DNA of 11,194 nucleotides, taken from the NCBI GenBank assembly GCA_037189525.1, contig JBBCJC010000012.1:1-11194 (forward strand). Direction: 5' to 3'. Positions 1-7,516 of this stretch are shown here, one piece after another. Within the stretch, counting starts at the first letter, position 1, and each line of letters opens with the position of its first letter. This DNA comes from Gemmatimonadales bacterium (GTDB lineage: Bacteria > Gemmatimonadota > Gemmatimonadetes > Gemmatimonadales > GWC2-71-9). A program made the translations under genes and the position numbers. The notes beneath the pieces were generated by a model. It did no database searches, was not told where the DNA came from, and worked only from the letters and a program-made list of their open reading frames with translations.

Positions 1-100
1 GCACCGTGACCGCAAAGGAATCTGCCGCCGCGCCGGATCCGCAGCCATGCGCTGCGGGGTTAGTCAAGAGAACAAGAGAGACAAACATCGTGCCCACCAT
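1..100 (-). CDS. Partial (5' end) cassette gene, probable exported protein (MVGTMFVSLVLLTNPAAHGCGSGAAADSFAVTV...)
   Basis: ATG at 100-98 preceded by GAGAGGGGG and an in-frame upstream stop; hydrophobic signal-like N-terminus; runs off the window edge; lies just downstream of attC1. Confidence 0.6.
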   Translation of the reverse strand, partial: MVGTMFVSLVLLTNPAAHGCGSGAAADSFAVTV

Positions 101-192
101 GGGTGCCCCCTCTCAACTGATCACCAGAACAGCGCCGCGCATGACGACCTCGTGGCTCGGGACATACCGATCCTGCGCAAGATGCTGTAGCG

Positions 193-331
193 TCCTAACG
201 ACTTTGGGTTTCAGCGGCAGGCGCGCGCACGGAGCCGAGCGGCCGCGCCAGCCTTCAACCAACATGGGGGCGCGGCCGCGACTCCGCAAACCGGAGCCCG
301 CGCGCCTGTCCGCTGCAAACCCTTGTTAGGC
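193..331 (-). repeat. attC site 1 (GGGTTT/AAACCC outer stem, CAGGCG inner stem)
   Basis: tcctaac(193-199)...gttaggc(325-331); internal inverted repeats cagcgg/ccgctg and gcggccgcgcc/ggcgcggccgc. Confidence 0.95.
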
Positions 332-374
332 CGCTACGAACTCTGATGCTCGTCTATCCTCCCGAGCGGTAAGA

Positions 375-836
375 TCAAAGCACCCCGACGTCGGGCGGCG
401 ATCGATCGCCGTTCAGCACTTCGCGCAGCTCCTCGACCGTGCCAACAATGAGTTCGCGGTCATCGTCCTTCACTGCCTGCTCCATCTGTGCAAGCAGTGC
501 CAGCAGGTCTGTTTTCCCTTCCGGAAGGATGGCGCGAAACTGCAGCCAATTGTAGACGTGGTACAGCAATTCCGAGGTCGCTCCATAGCCTATCTCGTAG
601 CTGCGGTCACGGATGGCAAGCTCCGCCTCTGCGAGAAAAGCAACCACGGCATCTGGTCCATCCTCGTAAAGGTGATGGGCAGCTGTATGAACCATCTCCT
701 CCGGAACGCTGGGGTACTTGCGTCGGAGCGCTTCGAAACCGTCGAGGGATCGCTTCGGGCGAGCAAGAAGTGCCCAAGCTAGCTCGCGGCGTTCGTCTGG
801 GCTTAGATCATTGAGCACAGAGAAAGATGCCGGCAT
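375..836 (-). CDS. Cassette hypothetical protein, 153 aa, predicted all-helical (MPASFSVLND...)
   Basis: Start reassigned to ATG 836 (GGAGGG SD upstream); the longer ORF to 968 only reads through attC2. Fills the cassette. Confidence 0.8.
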   Translation of the reverse strand: MPASFSVLNDLSPDERRELAWALLARPKRSLDGFEALRRKYPSVPEEMVHTAAHHLYEDGPDAVVAFLAEAELAIRDRSYEIGYGATSELLYHVYNWLQFRAILPEGKTDLLALLAQMEQAVKDDDRELIVGTVEELREVLNGDRSPPDVGVL

Positions 837-871
837 TCGTCCCTCCGATGAGTAACAACGCCTAGGTAGCG

Positions 872-1010
872 GCCTAACGACTTTGGTGTTCAGCGGCAGG
901 CGCTGCACGGAGCCGAGCGGCCGCGCCATCCTCCCAACCAACATGGGGGCGCGGCCGCGACTCTGCAACCGACACTCCGCGCGCCTGCCCGCTGCAACAC
1001 CTTGTTAGGC
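872..1010 (-). repeat. attC site 2
   Basis: gcctaac(872-878)...gttaggc(1004-1010); GGTGTT/AACACC subtype. Confidence 0.95.
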
Positions 1011-1038
1011 CGCATGCGCAGCCGCAGGCTGCGTGACA

Positions 1039-1767
1039 TCACGTAGCCCCAAAAGCGAACCAGTGGCCACCTAATGGTCGGAACCCCGTAAAGTAGGGAC
1101 GACCTTTCTCCTCGGGCTCCCCCACGCGCGGAGGAGGATACCCAGGACGCACCCAGAGTACCCCGTACTCGGAGCTCACGAGGCCGTCTTCAACGAATAT
1201 TACGTACTCCGGCCAGACGGCCACATTGAGATACCCGGCCTGGAGCAGGCCCTGGCGAATCGCGTCATAGGCCGCACGGCTGATCCCTTCCTGCTGCAAC
1301 ACCTCGTTGACCGGCCGCGCATCCGTGGGCCCGGCCGGCTCGCGTACGGGGGGAGTGGGTGGCCCAAGATCCCGCACCTGGATCCTGTTCACGTCCTTAT
1401 AGTACCGGGTGCCCGCCGAAATCGAACGGATCTGCGGATACCGGAGGGCTTCCTGCACGACCGCCTCCAGAATCGCGCGGCGTCTGGCGAACTGGAAGTC
1501 GGCGACCGCGTTGCGCGCCGGCCACGCGGTAAGGTAGGCCACCGCGAACACACCCACCGCCAGCGTCGTGAGCGTGGCCGTCGCGGCACTGGGTTGGACG
1601 ACGACCCGCCCCACAAGACCACCCCCAGTGACCAGCGCAATGAGGGTACCGAAAGCGACCAACGGAATGCTCATGATGGGATCATAGATCACCGCAAAGG
1701 CAGCGTAGGCGAACGCAACGCCGCCGTAGAACCACCAGTCAAGTGCTCGCGGTTTGGGTAGGATCAT
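1039..1767 (-). CDS. Cassette membrane protein, 242 aa (about 3 N-terminal TM helices + soluble C-terminal domain)
   Basis: ORF fills the cassette; hydrophobic segments in residues ~11-82; no family recognised. Confidence 0.8.
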   Translation of the reverse strand: MILPKPRALDWWFYGGVAFAYAAFAVIYDPIMSIPLVAFGTLIALVTGGGLVGRVVVQPSAATATLTTLAVGVFAVAYLTAWPARNAVADFQFARRRAILEAVVQEALRYPQIRSISAGTRYYKDVNRIQVRDLGPPTPPVREPAGPTDARPVNEVLQQEGISRAAYDAIRQGLLQAGYLNVAVWPEYVIFVEDGLVSSEYGVLWVRPGYPPPRVGEPEEKGRPYFTGFRPLGGHWFAFGAT

Positions 1768-1785
1768 ATGCGATAATCGAATGCG

Positions 1786-1923
1786 GCCTAACGACTTTGG
1801 GTTTCAGCGGCAGCCGGTCTAGGAGCCGAGCGGCCGCGCCAGCCACCCAATCAACTTGGGGGCGCGGCCGCGACCCCGGAAGAGGAGCCTCGCCCGGCTG
1901 CCCGCTGCAAACCCCTGTTATAC
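1786..1923 (-). repeat. attC site 3
   Basis: gcctaac(1786-1792)...gttatac(1917-1923); GGGTTT/AAACCC with CAGCCG/CGGCTG inner stem. Confidence 0.95.
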
Positions 1924-2670
1924 GGCCACATCGTGATCCGAGCGTGTAGGAACGGCTGGTCGGCGTCGGGCGCCGGGAAGGTATCCGCGACTGCCCGCAA
2001 GAATGAGCACCGCAAGCCCCACTAGGAACACCATCCCGACCACCAGATCCGCTAGACGGTCCGCATCGGTACACTGATCGGCATAGATACAGTCAGGGCT
2101 ATACACGAGCGCGGAAAGCACACCGGTGAGCACAACGAGCCCAAGGAAATACACAAAACCGACAACGGTGCGCCGGGATCGAGAAGGGAGCGTAATGCCA
2201 TGCTCAGGCTCCCGAGCCGCGGCAAAGCCGGTTTCAGCGATCGACGTATTACGTGGTACAACCACCGTTCCCGCCACAAGATCGTGGATGCCCTGATACC
2301 GCCTCGTCAGTTCGATGGCGAGGAAGCCCACGATGCCTGTTACCGCCTTGACCGCGATGCGTAGCAACGAGCGAGGGAAGGTAACTCGGCTACCGTCTGC
2401 GGCCCGCACAACACGAAGATTGAGCGATCGATGACCAATGGTGCCACCAAACCAGGACACCGACACCGGCTCGTATAGAATGAGGGTCGCGACGATGACG
2501 ATCATCGCCCCGCGCAGAACGGGACCGGCCGGCACAAAGGAGTCGAGAAGTACTAGCAGGACAATCCCAGCCGAGTAGATGAAGAGGTCGCGGATGACGG
2601 CGCGTACTCGGGGCCCCAGCCGAGCATACTGCGTAGGTGCCGGTTCCATTGCTGTATTGGGCTGTTCCAT
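1918..2670 (-). CDS. RDD family membrane protein with extra C-terminal TM hairpin, 250 aa
   Basis: RDD motifs YARLGPRVRAVIRD, GGTIGHRSLNLRVV..DG, RSLLR, IHDLVAGTVVV. The TAA stop lies inside the R'' box of attC3, typical of cassettes. Confidence 0.88.
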   Translation of the reverse strand: MEQPNTAMEPAPTQYARLGPRVRAVIRDLFIYSAGIVLLVLLDSFVPAGPVLRGAMIVIVATLILYEPVSVSWFGGTIGHRSLNLRVVRAADGSRVTFPRSLLRIAVKAVTGIVGFLAIELTRRYQGIHDLVAGTVVVPRNTSIAETGFAAAREPEHGITLPSRSRRTVVGFVYFLGLVVLTGVLSALVYSPDCIYADQCTDADRLADLVVGMVFLVGLAVLILAGSRGYLPGARRRPAVPTRSDHDVAV

Positions 2671-2686
2671 GGTGCCTGTTCAGGCC

Positions 2687-2825
2687 GTATAACGACTTTG
2701 GTGTTCAGCGGCAGGCGCGCGCACGGAGCCGAGCGGCCGCGCCATCCTCCAATTAACATGGGGGCGCGGCCGCGACTCCGCAAACCGGAACCCGCGCGCC
2801 TGTCCGCTGCAACACCCTGTTAGGC
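2687..2825 (-). repeat. attC site 4
   Basis: gtataac(2687-2693)...gttaggc(2819-2825). Confidence 0.95.
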
Positions 2826-2829
2826 AGCA

Positions 2830-3663
2830 CTAGGCTAGCGCGAGAAACTGTGACCACGATAACACCCTGGTTCCTGCATGACGGCCGCTTAGGACGCCTT
2901 CTGCCACAAGATAGCAAGCTTTGTCCTCGGTGACGAACACTGCACGCTTCCAAGTACCGAGGTAGACAAGCTGATCAATGTCGTTTGCTTGCACCTCAGG
3001 CATTTCGTTACCGGCCAGTACCCTTCCAAAGAGAGCTGCGCCAAATGCTTCGAGATGGAGACGCCACACTGAGTTTGTGAATAGCTTGTCAACTGGCGCA
3101 GGCTCGGGAAGCTCCATCCGACTCCAATCCGAGCGAATCAGGTCGTCGAGTTGTTCGCGGCGATACCACATCCGATCGAGGAAGTCGGGTATTGAGCTCC
3201 ACTCCGAGGCAATACCCCGTTCCTTCAGAAATCGGCGAATCTTCGGCCTTGCTCTCCTAAAAGCTGTTTGTAGCCGGGACTCAAGCGGTGCAAGTACGGC
3301 CTCGATTTCATCGATATGCTCTTGCGTGATTGCATCAGGCCTCTGCAGCATCCATTCGAACCCAGACGCATCAAAAAGGAAGGTATCCTCACCGGCCGCT
3401 ATCGCTTGCCCCATTTCTCTCATGACAGTTTCCGGCAGGGGAAGAAGAGGGCGGCCATCAAGGAACTCCGCCACTGCCCTTAGGCCACGCCGTCTAGACG
3501 GCAGATGCGGGTTCTTGGCGATCTCTAGGACGTTCAGTGCTGTTGGCCAGAGGACCAGTTGTGATGCTCGTAGCGAACGTTGCACCCGATCGCGAACGTC
3601 GTCTGCTGCTAGATGCTTAAAGCAATTCGCGTCAAGAACGACAATGTCTGTGGGTGTGGTCAT
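2830..3663 (-). CDS. Stand-alone PIN-like domain protein with large helical insertion, 277 aa
   Basis: PIN-type acidic motifs: VVLDAN (D11), TALNVLEI (E47), C-terminal QANDIDQL and VFVTEDK; fills the cassette. Confidence 0.7.
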   Translation of the reverse strand: MTTPTDIVVLDANCFKHLAADDVRDRVQRSLRASQLVLWPTALNVLEIAKNPHLPSRRRGLRAVAEFLDGRPLLPLPETVMREMGQAIAAGEDTFLFDASGFEWMLQRPDAITQEHIDEIEAVLAPLESRLQTAFRRARPKIRRFLKERGIASEWSSIPDFLDRMWYRREQLDDLIRSDWSRMELPEPAPVDKLFTNSVWRLHLEAFGAALFGRVLAGNEMPEVQANDIDQLVYLGTWKRAVFVTEDKACYLVAEGVLSGRHAGTRVLSWSQFLALA

Positions 3664-3688
3664 AGCTATGGGGGAAGATTGTAGTGCT

Positions 3689-3826
3689 GCCTAACGACTT
3701 TGGTGTTCAGCGGCAGGCGCTCACGGAGCCGAGCGGCCGCGCCAGCCTCCCACCAACATGGGGGCGCGGCCGCGACTCCGCAAACCGGCACCCCGCGCGC
3801 CTGTCCGCTGCAACACCTTGTTAGCC
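3689..3826 (-). repeat. attC site 5
   Basis: gcctaac(3689-3695)...gttagcc(3820-3826). Confidence 0.95.
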
Positions 3827-3849
3827 ATCAGCGGCTCAGGATTTCGCCG

Positions 3850-4359
3850 TTATCGCGAGAAGGGAAGAGTTCGGAGAAAGTCTGAGAGTCGATTTGCTTC
3901 CGTCATTGAGAGGTCCGGAGGAAGCTGTATCCGAGCCTCAAATGACGGGCGAAGTACGAAACGATGCTCAATCAATCCCCCTGACAGCGAGTCCTGCTCT
4001 GGCTCGAGCTGAATGTCCGAGTCTTCCAAGTCCTGAACCTGAACCTCTTCGCCCGTCGCTACCTGCCCGACCTCTACAAGGCTCACCGCCCATTCGAATC
4101 TGGATTGGTGGCCCTTTCGGCCCACAACGAACGACCCGCAACTCGCTGCTTCTAACGACTTGAAGAGCTCGATAATGTCTCCTCGTGAGACATCATGACC
4201 TTCTGCTTTCAACGCGGTCTGAAGTCGATCCACCGACGTCTGCTTCGAGTTGTTCTGACGTCCAGCGAAGTAGTCAAAGGCGAATTTCCCTGCCTTTCCG
4301 CTGGAATAAAGGCTCTTTAATCGCTTATTGTCTACGTTTGCACCATTTACATCACTCAT
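3850..4359 (-). CDS. Cassette hypothetical protein, 169 aa; possible winged-helix N-domain, acidic linker, small C-terminal domain
   Basis: ATG with AAGAGG SD; helix-helix-wing-like pattern (VDRLQTAL..VSRGDIIELFKSLEAASCGSFVVGRKGHQSRFEW); C-terminal HRFVLRP...IQLPPDLSMTEANRLSDFLRTLP. The fold is inferred. Confidence 0.8.
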   Translation of the reverse strand: MSDVNGANVDNKRLKSLYSSGKAGKFAFDYFAGRQNNSKQTSVDRLQTALKAEGHDVSRGDIIELFKSLEAASCGSFVVGRKGHQSRFEWAVSLVEVGQVATGEEVQVQDLEDSDIQLEPEQDSLSGGLIEHRFVLRPSFEARIQLPPDLSMTEANRLSDFLRTLPFSR

Positions 4360-4374
4360 ATAGCCTCTTTTGTT

Positions 4375-4395
4375 TAAGATAAAGCTGTAATCTTA
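4375..4395. promoter_or_regulatory. Palindromic candidate operator TAAGAT-N9-ATCTTA overlapping the -10 box and start site
   Basis: taagat 4375-4380, atctta 4390-4395. Confidence 0.45.
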
Positions 4396-4417
4396 TTCAT
4401 AAAACTCCATATGTCAA
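4390..4417 (-). promoter_or_regulatory. Sigma70-type promoter TTGACA-N16-TAAGAT for the 3850-4359 gene
   Basis: Perfect -35 (tgtcaa 4412-4417 on +), -10 TAAGAT (4390-4395), in an AT-rich patch 30 nt upstream of the ATG. Confidence 0.7.
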
Positions 4418-4500
4418 CTCCTACTGGTTCTTGATACGGGGGACCGGCAAGCAACCGCAGGCAATGTGCAGGCTCCGAAAGCACTTACGCGCCAACTCCG

Positions 4501-4545
4501 AGTAAAGAAGAACCGCCTCTCGGCGGGATCACCGGAGGCGGTTCT
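4501..4545 (-). terminator. Rho-independent terminator at the 5' boundary of the cassette
   Basis: Minus strand AGAACCGCCTCCGG-TGATCCCG-CCG(A)GAGGCGGTTCT (14-bp stem, 1 bulge), followed by TCTTTACT. Confidence 0.7.
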
Positions 4546-4549
4546 GCAT

Positions 4550-4686
4550 GGCTAACGACTTTGGGTTTCAGCGGCGGCCGCACTAGGCGCCGAGCGGCCG
4601 CGCCATCCTCCAACCAACATGGGGGCGCGGCCGCGACTCCGGAAGCGGAAGCTCGCCCGGCTGCCCGCTGCAAACCCTTGTTAGAC
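4550..4686 (-). repeat. attC site 6
   Basis: ggctaac(4550-4556)...gttagac(4680-4686). Confidence 0.95.
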
Positions 4687-4692
4687 CGCACA

Positions 4693-5718
4693 TTACGCGA
4701 TATTAAAGCGTAATTGATCGATTCGTGTATCGATAATCTCAGCAAAGCTCGCAGAGTCAGCGGCAGCATCTAGATCAGCCAATGACACGACGATCACGAA
4801 ATGCCCGTTAGAATCGAACGCCCGCCGGACTTCCCATAGGGCGTCTGCTCCTCCGTGAGCACCGGTGACTCCAGCCCGAGCGAACAGCAAAGCAACCATG
4901 AGACGCGTTGATTGGAGCTTTCCAACCAGATCGCGTACGTGCTTAGCCGCAATCGGCTCTGCCCAGTTCTTGCATTCGACGATGAACTGCCTGCCAAGGT
5001 CATCCCAGGGCGAAGGAGCCTTGCGACGAGTGACTTCAATGACTAGGTCGATTTCAGCGCTGGCTGTCTGAAGGTTGCGGTGCTTAACTCGCATGAATGT
5101 GGCACTACCGAGTAACGCGGCGGCCAACTCTTCCAGGCTCGCTCCCTTTTCTACACTCGTGACTGCGGTCGTGACTTTGTCTAGAAGCGTGCGCAGACGT
5201 CCTCGAGTGAGTCGGAATGTGGTGTCGATGCTTTCGTTGGTTGGAGTGCTGGGCGGCGGACGGTCCTGTGCGGGACCAACTGCTCCTTTGCCGATCAGAG
5301 AAAGAATCTGCTCAGCTTTTGTAGTGTCAACCTCTGCTGGGCGAAATTCAAATCGTCGTGAGCCGTCGATAATTATGATGATCGTGGGAGAAAGGAGAAC
5401 GGCTTTTGGGGCGCCGATGTCTTTCTGGGCGCTACTGAGAGCTTCCTCCCATGAGACGAGCCAATGCATCGGTACGCGTAGCTGATTGTAGTTCTTGAAC
5501 TCAATGACGATCCATGGAATAGTATCAGGCGTATCAGAGATTGCCGCATCCGCTACCAAGCGCCCTGAGCGGCCGGCGGGCTGAAAGAACAACTGCCTGT
5601 GTTCGAACCCAAGTAGTTCGGCAATCGCCGGTCCGATGTCAATCATGAAGCCGACCTCGGTGGCGTGGAGGCGATCTGGCAATGTCCTGAGGAACTCAGC
5701 AAGCTTCTCGGCACTCAC
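4693..5718 (-). CDS. Restriction-endonuclease-fold protein, 341 aa: N-terminal HsdR_N-like PD-(D/E)XK domain + C-terminal Mrr-like domain
   Basis: GTG start with GGAGG SD; N-term RLVADAAI...PWIVIEFK; C-term KGASLEE...AEIDLVI...FIVECKNWAEPIAAKHVRDLVGKL. Confidence 0.82.
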   Translation of the reverse strand: MSAEKLAEFLRTLPDRLHATEVGFMIDIGPAIAELLGFEHRQLFFQPAGRSGRLVADAAISDTPDTIPWIVIEFKNYNQLRVPMHWLVSWEEALSSAQKDIGAPKAVLLSPTIIIIIDGSRRFEFRPAEVDTTKAEQILSLIGKGAVGPAQDRPPPSTPTNESIDTTFRLTRGRLRTLLDKVTTAVTSVEKGASLEELAAALLGSATFMRVKHRNLQTASAEIDLVIEVTRRKAPSPWDDLGRQFIVECKNWAEPIAAKHVRDLVGKLQSTRLMVALLFARAGVTGAHGGADALWEVRRAFDSNGHFVIVVSLADLDAAADSASFAEIIDTRIDQLRFNIA

Positions 5719-5733
5719 GGAGCCTCCAATGCG

Positions 5734-5870
5734 GTCTAACGACTTTGGGTTTCAGCGGCAGCCGCGCTAGGAGCTGAGTGGCCGCGCCATCCTCTAACCA
5801 ACATGGGGGCGCGGCCGCGACTCCGGAAGAGGAGGCTTGCCCGGCTGCCCGCTGCAAACCCTTGTTAGGC
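5734..5870 (-). repeat. attC site 7
   Basis: gtctaac(5734-5740)...gttaggc(5864-5870). Confidence 0.95.
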
Positions 5871-5903
5871 CGCGGTGCGGAGGTGGTGCCTCGTGGGACC
5901 TGA

Positions 5904-6440
5904 TCATCTCGGACGACGACGCCACGTAAAAACACCCGCAACGGGGTGCCAGTCCGTGACCATGAACCACGTGCCCTCAAACCGGTCGTCGCGATGCTCT
6001 CCGCGTATCATGACGACACCATGGGACATGAACGGGTTAATGGCGAGCTCTAGCGAATCCGGGCCAATGGGCCGACCCTGAACCACCTGGGTGGGTCGCT
6101 CCACGCCGCGACGTGGAAAGTAGCTCGAACTCAGCAGCTCAGCATCGCGGGAGAACAGCCATTGGACGAAGTCGTCCCTCAGGGAGCCTCGCACCGGATC
6201 AAAGAGCTGGCTTGAGTCGATGCCGATTCGCGCAACGGTCTCGAACGTATCGGGCGGAGCGGAATCATAGGGAATGGTCTGGGTGAACGTCGCTACCCAA
6301 TCCCCCGGGAGACGGGGAGCCCAGGTGTGCGCGATTCGGAGGTCGCGGGCCAGGACGAGAAATGGCACCAGGCAGGCGAGCAAGAAGAGGAGCATTGCGA
6401 GCAAGAGGAAGCGCGGGGGGAGAATGAGGGTGCGCATCAT
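5904..6440 (-). CDS. Membrane-anchored/exported beta-rich hypothetical protein, 178 aa
   Basis: N-terminal hydrophobic helix (FLLLAMLLFLLACLVPFLVLA); GAGG SD; G-x-W motifs (GDW, GTW) suggest a beta-barrel. Confidence 0.78.
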   Translation of the reverse strand: MMRTLILPPRFLLLAMLLFLLACLVPFLVLARDLRIAHTWAPRLPGDWVATFTQTIPYDSAPPDTFETVARIGIDSSQLFDPVRGSLRDDFVQWLFSRDAELLSSSYFPRRGVERPTQVVQGRPIGPDSLELAINPFMSHGVVMIRGEHRDDRFEGTWFMVTDWHPVAGVFTWRRRPR

Positions 6441-6461
6441 AGGCCTCGGAGAGCGATATGC

Positions 6462-6487
6462 TACGAGGTTACGATCCCCGAGTTACA
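6462..6487 (-). promoter_or_regulatory. Possible ECF-sigma promoter TGTAAC-N16-CGTA
   Basis: Minus strand TGTAAC (6487-6482), 16 nt, CGTA (6465-6462), ending 21 nt upstream of ATG 6440. Confidence 0.35.
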
Positions 6488-6549
6488 CTGTCCGTGGTAA
6501 CTGGATTACAGAACGATAGCGACAAGGTGACACCCTGATAGCAGGCGCG

Positions 6550-6690
6550 GCCTAACGACTTTGGTGTTCAGCGGCAGGCGCACTCACGGAGCCGAGCGGC
6601 CGCGCCATTCCACCTACCAACATGGGGGCGCGGCCGCGACTCGGCAAACCGGCACCCCGCGCGCCTGCCCGCTGCAACACCCTGTTAGGC
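6550..6690 (-). repeat. attC site 8
   Basis: gcctaac(6550-6556)...gttaggc(6684-6690). Confidence 0.95.
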
Positions 6691-6734
6691 CGCATCCGGC
6701 TGGGATCCCGCACCACCGGCCCTAGGCAGGCGAC

Positions 6735-7256
6735 TCAACGTAACCGACGAAAAAGGCGGCGCAGCATCTCCCCGAAGGACAAAGCGGTACTCTCGCCAGC
6801 AAGTTCCTCCGTTCCACGCCGCACAACGGCGGCTTCCACCGCAACACCGAGACCATGCAGGGCGACCGGAAGCCAGGCCCGCTCGGCGGCCGGGAGCCCA
6901 AACACTCCAAGGAGCACGTGACCGGTTCCGGTGAAGTCGTGACCCAAGCGCTCCGTGGCGTTCAGGGCGAGTGCCATGACCTGGACTGCAGATTCCGTAT
7001 ACGGCAAGTCGGAGTCTAAAGAGGCGTTCGCCACCGATGGCCCCAGATCAGCCCAGAGACCTTGAGCAAGTGCCTCCAAGTTGATCTCAAGCTCCTGAAG
7101 GATCGCCGACGCTGCGTTTGGATGCTGTTCAAGAAGACCGAGGAAAAGGTGACGGGGCTCAACCCGACCTGCCTCGTGTCGCAGCGCAATCCGCCGCGCA
7201 GCGGTCAGAGCTTGCTGCACTTCGTTGGTGAAATTGTAGCGGCTTCGCACGGTCAT
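6735..7256 (-). CDS. Stand-alone Clp N-terminal (Clp repeat) domain protein, 173 aa, no AAA+ module
   Basis: Two Clp_N repeats: YNFTNEVQQALTAARRIA...EPRHLFLGLL and LPYTESAVQVMALA...GTGHVLLGV. Start reassigned to ATG 7256; the upstream extension lies mostly in attC9. Confidence 0.85.
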   Translation of the reverse strand: MTVRSRYNFTNEVQQALTAARRIALRHEAGRVEPRHLFLGLLEQHPNAASAILQELEINLEALAQGLWADLGPSVANASLDSDLPYTESAVQVMALALNATERLGHDFTGTGHVLLGVFGLPAAERAWLPVALHGLGVAVEAAVVRRGTEELAGESTALSFGEMLRRLFRRLR

Positions 7257-7282
7257 CGGTGTACCGTTAACGATGTGATGCG

Positions 7283-7419
7283 GCCTAACGACTTTGGTGT
7301 TCAGCGGCAGGCGCTCACGGAGCCGAGCGGCCGCGCCATCCTCCAACTAACATGGGGCGCGGCCGCGACTCTGCAAACCGGCATCCCGCGCGCCTGCCCG
7401 CTGCAACACCTTGTTATGC
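7283..7419 (-). repeat. attC site 9
   Basis: gcctaac(7283-7289)...gttatgc(7413-7419). Confidence 0.95.
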
Positions 7420-7516
7420 CGCAACGCAGCGAATTCGGCTGAATGTGGCAAACGCTCCCTGAGACATCATTGGCAGCTGGGCAGGTAGCCCCTAGCCCAT
7501 GGACTATAGAGCAGCA

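Noticed and set aside
6..329. Plus-strand ORFs 6..329 and 10756..11079, and minus ORF 4485..4769
   Set aside because: Largely composed of attC sequence and spanning cassette boundaries.
837..968. N-terminal extensions through attC (375..968, 6735..7346) and recurrent peptides such as MGARPRLRKP and MEDGAAA..LPLNTKVVR
   Set aside because: These are translations of the GC-rich attC repeat. The GGAGG in the attC loop abuts the ATG with no spacing, so it is a poor initiation site, and an attC-dependent N-terminus would change on reshuffling.
2978..3694. 238-aa plus-strand ORF
   Set aside because: Antisense shadow of the PIN-like gene; Ser/Arg-rich with no motifs.
6735..7256. clpC/clpB pseudogene call
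   Set aside because: The ORF is a precisely bounded cassette with a complete double repeat and no AAA+ remnants downstream.
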